A DNA stretch of 64,000 bases from Callorhinchus milii (lineage: Eukaryota), in the NCBI RefSeq assembly GCF_018977255.1, contig NW_024704743.1:88786001-88850000 (forward strand), written 5' to 3'. The position numbers and the translations under genes were made by a program. Under the pieces are notes generated by a model. The model ran no database searches, was not told the DNA's origin, and saw only the letters and a program-made list of their open reading frames with translations. This document shows positions 12,574 through 23,190 of the stretch, one piece after another (the first letter of the stretch is position 1; the number at the start of each line of letters is the position of its first letter).

Positions 12574-12648
12574 TTCTAGACAATGCTTTATAGGATATCA
12601 ATCTAAAGTCACCCTTAATCTACAATATACACAATTACACCACTTTAC

Positions 12649-12833
12649 AGTGACCAATTTATTTATTTATTATTTTTTTTTGTGGGAATTATTCCCCCCA
12701 GAAAAATGATCCACTAATCGACTAACAACTGGGTTCCTACTTACTGCTAGGTAAACAGAGGCGTGTGGAGTAAGGAAACTTGCCCGATGGCTCGCCCTGC
12801 CAGGAATCAAACCCAGGTCCTCTCGCTTGCAAG
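12649..12833 (-). mobile_element. Composite SINE, long subfamily, 5' half
   Basis: cctacttactgctaggtaaacagaggcgtgtggagtaaggaaacttgccc; tRNA head partly present. Confidence 0.85.
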
Positions 12834-13513
12834 GATTGTTATATTATCCTGTAAATATTGCATCGGATCTGCTGTGAAATTCTGCATTTTCTCACCCCTT
12901 AGATATTAAAGGGGGTTGTCACCATTCCTATAAAATTCAATGTTTGACTTCTGCAGCTAGATTAGTACCATTGTAAGGAGGCGGAATGCTCAGCTTCCTA
13001 TACTTCCAAGTCACCCAGAGTCATTTCCATTTACAACACTGTGCAAGATATTCTGATAACTGGGATTGTTTTTGGTGCAAAGAAATGCATATTTAGGAAA
13101 CCCAGATTAATTTTTACTTAAGGAACTCAACTCAACAATTTCTTGTCCATTTCCAAATCCATTCCAAGAAGGTGAACAGGTCGGCAAATGCATGTTGAGA
13201 ATGGATGAATTGGTTTTCTGCAGTGTGAAGCTACCTGAAAAGAAAACATGCTTTAAATAATAATAATAATTCTTACATTTGATATATTGCCTAATATTTC
13301 AAGGTTTCCTGTAAAGTGTGATATTTGTGTATTGTAGGCAAACACAGCACCAAATTGAGCATAGCAATGTCTCATAACAAATTTTATTGGGGGAACTGTT
13401 GGCTAGGACACCGGGAGAAATTCCCTTCCTGTTTCAAGGCATGGGATCTTTAACATTTCCTGAATAGAAGGTGGGATTTCAATTTGCCTCAAAACCAATT
13501 TGATTTCATGCCT

Positions 13514-14900
13514 TACAACACCAACAAAATTATATTTGTATACCACCTTTCACATTGGCAGGATATCTCAAGGGGCTGGACAATTAGAGTTTCGGATCCG
13601 AGCTTGGGATTGGGGAGGGTGGAGGACAGGGAGGGAAGCAGGGTGATCGAAGGTACAGTCGAAGAGGAGGGTCTTGAGACGAGTCTTGAAGGAGGCAAGG
13701 CAAGGGGCAAAGCGGAGGACCTGCGGGATGGAGTTCCAGAGAGTGGGGGCAGAGTGGCTGAAGGCTTGTGCACCAATGGTGAGGCGGGCGAGGTGGGGAT
13801 GTGAAGCAGGCTGGAGCCCACTGATCGGAGGGAGCAGGAAGGTTGATAGGGAGTTATGAGGTTGCAGAGGTAGTGGGGAGCAAGGCCATGAAGAGCTTTG
13901 AAGGTAAGGATCTTAAACTGTATCCTCTGGGTGATGGGAAGTCAATGGAGTCGGACGAGGATGGGAGTAATAGAGTTGTGACTCTGGTGCGGGAGAGGAC
14001 ATAGGCTGCAGAGTGCTGGATGATCTACAGCCTATGGAGGGAGGAGTTGGGGAGGCCAACAAGCAGGGAGTTGTCCTGCACAGTCAAGCCTGGATGTTAT
14101 GAATGGAGTCCTGTAGCTCAGTGGTTAGAGCACTCGCTTTGCAAGCGAGAGACCTGAGTTCAATTCCAGGCAGGGCGAAACCTTGGGCAAGTTTCCTTAC
14201 TCCACACGCCTAATAATAATAATAATAATCCCTCCAAAAACAAAAAACAATAATAAATTGGTCATTTTCAATCCACGACTGTTTGTGGGACATTGCTGTG
14301 CGCAATTGGCTGCCGCGTTCGCCCACAAATATACAGTCAATTCATTTTACAGTGTGTTCTGTGAAGCGCTTTGGGACGTACTCCCGATGTGAAAAGCACT
14401 ATATCAAATGCAAGGATTATTATTATTATTATTATTATGAATGCGTGTATGAGGGTCTCGATGGCCTGACTGTGAGACAGTCGCGGAGCCGGGAGATGTT
14501 GTGGAGGTGGGGGAAGGCAGAATGGGTCACAGCATGGATGTGGGGTAGAAAGGATAGTTGCGGGTCAAACAAGACGACAAGGTTCCGCACTCAGTGAGGT
14601 GGCGTGTGCATCTTTTGGTGGTGATGCTGTCAGCGCCTGAGGCGTGGAGGCGCTGACGGGAGCCAATCAGGAGGGCCTCAGTCTTGTTGATGTTCAACTG
14701 AAGAAAGTTAGCTCTCATCCAAGACTTGACATTCTGTCAGGACAGCAGTGGTCCTGGAGTCAAGGGTGGAGGCAGAGAGATAGAGTTGGGTGTCATCCGC
14801 ATACATGTGTAAGTTCACCCCGGGTATCCAGATTGTGTCAGCAAGAGGGAGCATATAGATATTGAAGAGGAGGGGACCAGAACAGAGCCCTGAGGATCAG
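13514..14900 (-). mobile_element. L2 LINE, about 1.05 kb 3' portion, interrupted by a SINE
   Basis: [19 protein letters not shown] (ORF 14527-14718), YADD-region codons near 14795, (caa)n tail at 13514. Confidence 0.9.
14105..14437 (+). mobile_element. Full-length composite SINE, short subfamily
   Basis: A box tagctcagtgg, B-box-like gagttcaattcc, ccttgggcaagt CORE-like motif, L2-type tail; TSD ttatgaatg at 14097-14105 and 14435-14443. Confidence 0.95.
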
Positions 14901-15363
14901 CACTAAAGATTTATCTTCATCTAAAGTTCAGCATCTCTGACAATGCTGTATTTGCCAATACTGTACTAGAATGTAAGCCTATACTATAAATTCTGAGTTC
15001 TGACACTGGGCTTGAACCCACAACCTTTCTGACTAGGGACGTGTGTACTACCAATTAAGCCAGGCTGACATACCCGTTAGGGTATTAAGCAATTTTTTCC
15101 ACTGAATGAAGAAGTTCACTTTTGTACCTCATTACTGTAGAATATGATCTTTAAATACAACCTGCAGTTTTCTAAAACCCACGCTAAGAACTGTGGCATT
15201 TGAATTATTGGACAACACACCGTGCTTGCTAAACCTTTCTTAATTATTAATCCATTCAGTTTCAGACAGTGAGTGCACTGTAGCTAATTAGCTATCAATT
15301 AATTTTAAGTCAGAAAACTCTCATCCAACCTGGGAAGCATAGTGGTCTTCATATAAGAAGAAG

Positions 15364-15740
15364 AATAACCTTGCATTTGATATAGCGTCTTATCACGTCT
15401 TCAAGGGGTCTCAAATCGCTTCACAGAATATGCTGTAAAGTGAATTGACTGTATTTTGTGGGTGAAATGCGGTAGCCAATTACATCCAGCAGTGTCCCAC
15501 AAACAGCTGTGGATTGAGTGACCAAATTATTTTTTAAAAAATTTATTTATTGTTTTGAAGGATTATTACCCCCGGAAAAGCGATCCACCAATCGACTAAC
15601 AACTGGTTCCTACTTACTGCTAGGTAAACAGAGGTGTGTGAAGTAAGGAAACTTGCCCAGCATTTCGCCCTGCTGGGAATCTAACCCAGGTCTCCCGCTT
15701 GTGAGGCAAGCACTATAACCATTGAGCTACAGGACCTCCA
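15364..15740 (-). mobile_element. Full-length composite SINE, long subfamily
   Basis: Head gagctacaggacctcca (reverse complement), about 60-nt extra block, L2-type tail. Confidence 0.9.
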
Positions 15741-16199
15741 AGTTGGAGTCTTTGCGCCTAGTCCATTTGATTACTAATTTTGGGGGCATAGAGAAACAAG
15801 GTTTTCTCCTCCTTCGCTTCTAAACCCCTGGAAAAGTAATAGAAAATCAAAAAAAATCAACTGAAAACCCTGCTTAAGGACTGAAAAAAAAACAAATAAG
15901 TGGGGTTGAAACACTATGATGATGCTAGGAGATTGAGAGGAAGAAACCACTTACCTGGAAAAGTGCATCATCTTTCTGTATTTCTAGAAGCCTTCCTTCA
16001 ATAAATTGAGACATGTTTTAAGGAATGCCACAAATATTATTCTATTATTTCGCTTTGCTCCAGAATGACTCTCTTGAGCTGTTACCTACCCCCAGGTGGT
16101 AGCTGAATGAGAAATGTACATTTTGATGTAAAATCATTTGTTGATTAATGTCTCTGCACTACACATGAAAATTACTACAGTATTTATTATAGAAATGAT

Positions 16200-17200
16200 G
16201 CTTCAGTCTTGGGCACCGTACCGCAGGAAGGATATATTGGCTCTGGAGGGGGTGCAGTGCAGATTCACCAAAATGAACCAGGACTAAAGGGGTTAAATTA
16301 TGAGGAGAGGTTGCATGAACTTCATCTCTATTCCCTTGAGTTTAGAAGGTTAAGAAATTATCTGATTGATATTTTTAAAATAATAAAGGGATTTGATAGG
16401 GTAGATACAGAGAAACTATTTCCTCTGGTGGGGAATCCAGAAGAAGGGGCATAATCTTAAAACTAGAGCTAGGCCATTTAGGAGAGAAATTAGGAGGCAG
16501 TTTTTCATCCAAAGGATCTCGTGTGGTGTTCCTCAGAGTCCTGTCCTTGGTCTTCTGCTCTTCAACCTCCACATGAACCATCTTGGTGACATCATCCGCA
16601 GACATGGGATACACACATACCTCATACACTCATTACCCTCATACACACATTTGTTAACTCAAGGCTACACTACGGAAACTCCCTCCTTTTCAACCTCTCC
16701 AACTTTTCCCTCCACAAGCGGCAGATCATCCAGAACTTTCCTATACCAGGCTCTGTGACCCCATCACCCCCAGCCTTGCCAGGCTCCGCTAGCTCCCCAT
16801 CCCTCAGAGGATAGAATTTAAAATCCTCATCCTCACTTTCAAGGCCCTCCATGGCCTTGCCCACTCCTACCTCTCTGACCTGTCAAGAGGGCCTCAGTCT
16901 TGCTGACATTCAGCTGTAGAAAGTTGGCTCTCATCCAGGACTTGTCTGCTCAACCTTTCTGCTCCTTCTGTTCAGCAGGCTCCAGCCTGTTCCATGTCGT
17001 CCGCCCAACCCGCCCTACCATTGCGGCCTTTGGAACCATTGGAACTCCATCCAACAATCCTTTCACCTTGCTCTCTCCCTTCCTTCCTTATGGGGCAAGG
17101 GCGGCAAATTGAAGTTGATGTACAGATCAGCCATGATCTTACAGAATGGCGGAACAGACTCGGGGGGCTAAATGACCTACTCCCATTTCTATGTTTCTAT
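16200..17200 (+). mobile_element. CR1 family A 3' end split by a rearranged L2
   Basis: PGLKGLNYEERL..YSLEFRRLR..LIDIFKIIKGFDRV; UTR resumes at about 17088 (tatggggcaagggcgg). Confidence 0.85.
16516..17087 (+). mobile_element. Rearranged L2 RT fragments with an inverted segment (about 16885-16946)
   Basis: gtggtgttcctcag..gtccttggtc, cttggtgacatcatccgcagacatggg; the inverted piece matches minus-strand L2 at 14670-14730. Confidence 0.8.
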
Positions 17201-17286
17201 AGTAATTCATTTCTCTATTCTTATCCCTCAAAAAAGAACACAGCAAAATAAAAAGTTCACCAGTCAGGTTTAAAAACATGCTAAAT

Positions 17287-17460
17287 AACAACAGCAACAA
17301 CGACAACAACAACAAAATTACATTTATAGAGCGCCTTTCACATCGGGAGGACATCCCAAAGTGTCAGGTATCGGGGCCCGAACATGGGGGAGGGGTGGTA
17401 TAGGGGTGAGGAAAGGCAGAGAAGTGGGAGTGAGACAAAAGGCACAGCAGAGAGGCTGAA
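17287..17460 (-). mobile_element. L2 3' end
   Basis: (caa)n aaattacatttatagagcgcctttcacatcgggaggacatcccaaag. Confidence 0.85.
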
Positions 17461-17477
17461 AGCTTAAAGTTTAATAT

Positions 17478-17912
17478 AACAATCATTGAATCATACAATC
17501 ATAGAATTATACAGCACAGAAGGAGGCCATTATGCCCATCGTGTCTGTGCTGGCTCTTTGAAAAGAGCTATCCAAATCAATCCCACTCCCCCGCTCTCTC
17601 CTCATAGATCTGCAAACTTGTCCTCCCCAAATAATTATCTATTTCTCTCTTAAAAGTTGTTATTGAATCGGCTTCAACCACCTTTTCAGGCAATGCAATC
17701 CAGATTCGAACAACTCGCTGTGTGAAAAAATTTTCCTCATCTCACAACTGTTTCTTTTAACAACTATTTTAAATCGGTGTCTCAGGTTACCGGCCACCAG
17801 TGGAAATAGTTTCTCCTTGTTCACCCTATTGAATCCCCTTATAATTTTGAAAAATTCCATTGAGTCTCCTCTTAAACTTCTCTGCTCGAAGGAGAATAAT
17901 CCTAGCACCCTC
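17478..17912 (-). mobile_element. CR1 3' end (family B, ATTCTATG-type tail)
   Basis: ORF 17660-17917 LGLFSFEQRSLRGD..FKIIRGFNRVNKEKLFPL; close match to 48712-49292. Confidence 0.9.
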
Positions 17913-18504
17913 TGCAATGGGAGGGTGGGTATTCTGAAAGTATGAGATTAGGTGGATTGAAGAGTATTCTTCATCCAAACCTCTTTTGTGATTTTATGAA
18001 TTCTTAAAACTATTAATCAGAATCTCACCTATTTCCCCAAGTATTTGCTTGAGGAACTACACATAATTTCATAGGGTGATATGGCATGGAAACAGCAAGA
18101 AAGCTGTGTGTTGTAATACATGGTGACATATGGAGTGCCAGTTGTTTATGAAAAGTGGTATCAATAATGAGCATTATGGTTACAGCTGCGATGATATCAA
18201 GATTAACGTCACTGAGGACTAAAAGATTTAATTAAACAAACACATTAATGCAGATGTCTAATTAAGCTCTAAATCCCTGTGATTATCAAGGGAAATTTTC
18301 ATAAAGGAAAATTATAATATGATCTGATTGAAAAATATCAATAGTCTGTCACTCATGTACACTTAGCTTTTCAAGCCTTGCTTAGATTGGCATGAGCCTG
18401 CTCCACTGGTTAGAACGCATTCATGTCATTTGTTTATGCTCTTTATTTTCAGGCAACTAGAGTTGAATATTTCCATGTAATACCAGACAATTAGAGTGCA
18501 GTCA

Positions 18505-18820
18505 GCCCACAACTGGGGTCATACCATAATTAAATTTATGCTCGTATTCTTGGCTAATACTCTAGTGTAGTGATAGGGGAGAACTGCATTGTTGCATGCC
18601 GCTCTTCATATGAGACATTAAACTAAGGCCCAGTCTATCTGTTCAAGATCCAATGACACTATTCAAAAGAAGAATAATGTTCCAGAACAATCTTCCAGAT
18701 AAAATTAGTAGTTCACTTCATGGCTGTTTGTGGGCCTTGCTGCATGCAAAATAGCTGTCACGTGCCAGTTCTCTTGACAGTAATGATTGTAAACCACTTT
18801 CAGATGTTTAAACATGACAA
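18505..18820 (+). mobile_element. Old Deu SINE
   Basis: catatgagacattaaactaaggcccagtct..gatccaatgacactattcaaaag..ggctgtttgtggg. Confidence 0.6.
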
Positions 18821-19576
18821 CCTACACGGTATTTCCGATAGTTTCTAAGAGACTCAACAGGACTTTGAATTATCGGATCATCCTCTGTGGAGATTCAGAA
18901 ATCTATAAATTTACTTTTGTTATGTAGTGATTAAAGAAACTGATACTTTCTATCAGTTTAGTATTTAGACATTTCTTCTGAGATATATTGCAGTTCTCAC
19001 TGATCCTTCGGCTGAGATCAGGTAACTCAGCACAACTGGGATTGGACCTGAGGTTTGCAATGGCTCAGTTTCACGCTCAGCAGCAAGGTTCCTAGCGGAG
19101 CCAGTTGGAGTGCAGGGGAACAACTGTGCATTGTGTATGCACCTACTTACCTAGCTGGTGACCTAAACTGCTGTCACAAAATATAAATGTGCCAATTGGG
19201 ATTCATTTAAATAGGTTTAATTAGTTGTGTTCAAAGCCATGAGCTAATGTAGTGCTTTGTTTATTCAGAACTAATTGAATCTGGTTCAGAGATCATAAAA
19301 CTACTCTGTGGTAGTCCCTTTCCTGTGACTGGAACCTCTCATACCAATTTGTAATGTTTACTGCGTATTTTTCTTTAATCTTGTGATGACTACATGAGGA
19401 ATGTAACAAATCAGCCAGAGCAACGATTTAAGATATTCTTTATTTCTCAGAAGTACATGTTCACCAGGTATAAGGTTTTCAAATTGATTTTCTACTTTGC
19501 ACAAACCATTCATTTCTTCCTGATATGTGTATATAGAAGGTGCAATAGGTTTGTAATTCCATCTAGCCTTTAAGCA

Positions 19577-19955
19577 GGTGTCAGTCTGGTTCAGTTGGAG
19601 CACTCTCGCCTCTGAGTAAGAGGTTGTGGGTTCAAGATTCAAGGTAGATAACTCACGGTCTAGGCTGACACACCAATACAGTGATGGGGGTATGATGCAT
19701 TACCAGCGATGTTGTTCTTTGGATAAAATGTTAAATCAAGGTCCTGACTGCCTGATCAGGTGGACCTTAATGATCCCACAGGACTACTTGAAAAGGGAAG
19801 GAGATCCTCCCAGTGTCCTGGCCAACAATCCCCCAAATTGGTCATTCATTCCACGGCTCTGTGGGATATTGTTGCACATTTGCCTGCAGGATGCACAGTC
19901 ACTACACTTCACATTAACTATTGTGAAAGGCGCTACACAAATGTAATTTGTTGTT
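19577..19955 (+). mobile_element. Deu SINE, near full length, ending in a short L2 tail
   Basis: ggtgtcagtctggttcagttggagcactctcgcctctgag head; Deu block; gtgaaaggcgctacacaaatgtaatttgttgttg. Confidence 0.75.
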
Positions 19956-20394
19956 GTTTTAAAATTTGAGAATGTACAGAGTTGTGGAAAATTAATCTGG
20001 AGGCCAGTTTTATTTAAGAACAACAGAAAAACTGTTTCCAAATTAAAATTCAGTTTTAAAATTTTCCACATTTCCATGCAGAAACTTGAACTTTAAGACA
20101 AAATGATCTCAGCATTGCTAAGACTAAGTGGAATTTCAGGCCACATGTTTTTGTGCTTTAGCTGACAGTTTTGAAGGCGAACTGTGATTTCCTTCCGCAA
20201 AGCATTATCATTGTGCTTTATGTGGAGGATTCTCAGTGCATGATAATGGAAGCATCCTGTACAAAAGTAACCAGTGCCTCAGCCTATAATTAAAAACTTG
20301 GCACTCAGAATTTATCCATGCAACAGCATTACAATGAAAACAAAGCAAAAACAACAGAGAACATTCAAATGTTGTAACCTTTTCAGTGTTCCTT

Positions 20395-20490
20395 GCAAAA
20401 ACTGGCAAGTGAAGTTCAATACAGATAAATGTAAGGCACTGCATATAGGAAGTAAAAATAGGAGGCACAGTTTGTAACTTTTTCAATACT
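20395..20490 (+). mobile_element. CR1 RT fragment
   Basis: Peptide NWQVKFNTDKCKALHIGSKN in ORF 20274-20477. Confidence 0.75.
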
Positions 20491-20659
20491 GAATGTATTC
20501 AGTATCGAAAAGCATTCAAAATACTGATTTGTAGCTAAGTTGTCTTGACAAATAGTACCAAGGATGAAAACATGTTCCAGAGCAAAACAAGTCTTCATCC
20601 ATTTTATGTTTGCTGAACAGATTTGTTGGGTTCCTTCTCCTATATATCTATCCTTTCAT

Positions 20660-21078
20660 ATTCACAGCTCTTTGCCTGCCTCAGTTGGAAGCACTTCCCG
20701 GCCTTGATCCCCTCTACCTCTGTGACCTCCTAATCCCCAACCAACTTGTCCGCTCCCTCCGCTGAGCGGACTCCAGCCTGTTTCATACCCCCACCTTGCC
20801 CGCCCCACCATAATCGGATGGGCCTTCACTCTCTCTACCTCCACCCTCTGGAACTCCATCCCACAGTGCCTCTGCCTCGCCACTCCCTTGTCTCCTTCAA
20901 AACCTGTCTCACGACCCTCCTTGTTGACCGTGCCTTTGGTCACCCTCCTACCCTCTACCCTCCACTCGTCCTGATCCCAACCACCAGCTCGGGTGCACAT
21001 TACCTGATTGTCAGTGCCTTAGGACATCGTCCTGACATGAAAGGCACTATACAAATGCAATTTGTTGTTGTTGTTGTT
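20660..21078 (+). mobile_element. L2 3' end
   Basis: SFKTCLTTLLVDRAFGHP C-terminal motif, stem-loop, (TTG)n tail. Confidence 0.85.
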
Positions 21079-21443
21079 GAGTCCATGTCAGGACTTGGAA
21101 CTCATTTTACCTAAGCCTACACTCCAATGCAATGCAGGGGTATTTGGTAATGTTGAAAGTGCCACACTTCAGATGAGATGTTAAACGGAGGCCCTGTCTG
21201 CTTGTTCAGGTAGACGTTAAAGATCCCATTGCATGATTCAAAAAGAGAAGGGAGTTTCTCTCGGTGTCTTGGCCCAGAACTCCCCAAATAAAACTGGTCA
21301 TTCACTCCATGGATGTTCGTGGGACATTGCTGCACACAAATTGGCTGCAGCATTCACCCACAAAACACAATCCTGCAAAGCACTTTGGGACACCCTCTTG
21401 ACATGAAAGTCAGGCACTATACCAAATGTAAGGAATGTTATTA
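21079..21443 (+). mobile_element. Deu SINE
   Basis: cttcagatgagatgttaaacggaggccctgtctgcttgttcaggtagacgttaaagatccc (Deu domain) plus 3' body. Confidence 0.8.
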
Positions 21444-21474
21444 ATTTGCTATCTGTGTGATCTTTATCATATTA

Positions 21475-21840
21475 ACAATAATAATAACCCTTGCTTTTGA
21501 TATAGGCCTTATCACATCTTCGAGACGTCTCAAATCACTTCACAGAATATACTGTAAAGTGAATTGATTGTATATTTTGTGGCCGAAATGCAGTAATCAA
21601 TTGCGCACAGCAGTGTCTCACAAACAGTCATGGATTAGCAACCAAATTTTTTTTCAACGGATTATTACCCCTGCAAAAACAATCCACCAATCGACTAGCA
21701 ACTGGGTTCTTACTAACTGCTAGGTAAACAGAGGCATGTGGAGGAAGTAAACTTACCCAATGTTTTGCCCTTCCAGGATTCGAACCTGGGTCCTCTCACT
21801 TGCGAGGCGTATACTCTAACCACTAAACTACAGGACTCCA
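21475..21840 (-). mobile_element. Composite SINE, long subfamily
   Basis: Full head-to-tail similarity with 15364 and 39905. Confidence 0.9.
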
Positions 21841-21901
21841 CTTAAGCGAGCCAGAGACAGACTTTCCCTTTCTGAAACCAGTCACAATGGTGAAGCTGGA
21901 T

Positions 21902-21959
21902 AGGACGTCCTCCCAAAGTGAAAGGCGCTATACAAATGTAATCTTATTGTTGTTGTTGT
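21902..21959 (+). mobile_element. Tail-only L2 insertion
   Basis: ggacgtcctcccaaagtgaaaggcgctatacaaatgtaatcttattgttgttg. Confidence 0.85.
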
Positions 21960-22740
21960 ATTGGTGGTGGAATTGAAGCCCAGAAATCATAGCCTCCAAT
22001 GACTGGCTAGTGTAGTGCTTATATTTTGTGGTGTTTGTGCAGTAAAGATATCCTGGTAACCGACAGTGGTGGCCACAGTTTGCAAGTCCAAGGCCTGATA
22101 TCTCCAACTTCATCATTAAAAATAGCGTCGGAAGACGGAGAGTTCCTGCTTCAGCCTACTTCTTATTATTTTACAACATAAATATCGCACAGACTGTAAT
22201 ATTTTACCTCATTGCCACTTACCAAAGCCACTGCAAATCTATTATAGATTTTACTTTGATTAAATGTGTACATCCACAACTTACTCTTCGAATAGAAATC
22301 ACATGTTTACAATGTTCATCGAAGCTAATTTGCATCTGCTAAAACCTGACGTGACAGGTTCTGCCTTTTCATCAGAACTCCCACCATTAGCACTGACAGA
22401 ATCATGAAGGGGAATTCTACCCCCTACATCTTTGGTTGCCTGGCACCAGTATTCTGTCAGCAGAGGCAAGTGACATTGTAGTGAGTTTGAAGATAAACAT
22501 TTGAACTGAAGAAGTCTTCCCTGGTGGCTCAGATGATAAAATCAAGGATTGTGTGAAACTAAACTATTCAAGGTCCTAGGCGAGATCCCTACACCACGTG
22601 TCAATGTTTGCCTCACCATCCTGTTACAAAGAGGGCTTTCACTCCCAATTGCTACAGCAACAATTTTACATTTCTATAATGTCTTTCACATCGGGATGAC
22701 ATCAGAAAGCACTTCAGAGAATCAACTGAGAGCCCATCAG

Positions 22741-23093
22741 TAATAATAATAATCCTTGGTTTGATATCGTGCATTATCACATTGTTGAGATGTCTCAAAG
22801 CGCTTCAAGAAAATACTGTAAAGTGAATTGACTATATATTTTGTCAGCAAAATTTTGCAGTCAATTGCAGTCATCAGCGTCCCACAAACAGTTGTGGATT
22901 GAGTGACCAAATTATTATTATTTTTGAATTTCTTTGGAGGATTTACTACTCCCAGAGATTGATCTATTAATCAACTAACAACCAGGTTCCTACTTACTGC
23001 TGGGTAGACAGAGGAGTTTGGAGTAAGGAAACTTGCCTAAGGTTTCCTCTCGCTCATGCAGCGAGTGCTCCAAACAATATGCTACAGCAGTCC
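22741..23093 (-). mobile_element. Composite SINE, long subfamily (diverged)
   Basis: Same modules as 15364. Confidence 0.85.
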
Positions 23094-23190
23094 GATAAAC
23101 CAATAACCCTGATGGAAAGTGTATGTATTTGTATCATGCCTCCTCCCATGCCCTACTTTCTAACTCAGACCTGCTGTGAGGCTATAATAT

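Larger units (their letters stand above)
13257..15072 (-). mobile_element. Old Deu SINE split by an L2 insertion (3' part 13257-13483, 5' part 14905-15072)
   Basis: ggctaggacaccgggagaa..atgggatctttaac on the left; gggcttgaacccacaacctttctgact..ccaggctgacatac head on the right. Confidence 0.65.

Noticed and set aside
14107..14179. Genuine tRNA-Ala genes
   Set aside because: Always fused to SINE bodies, with a TSD here and copy-specific stem mutations
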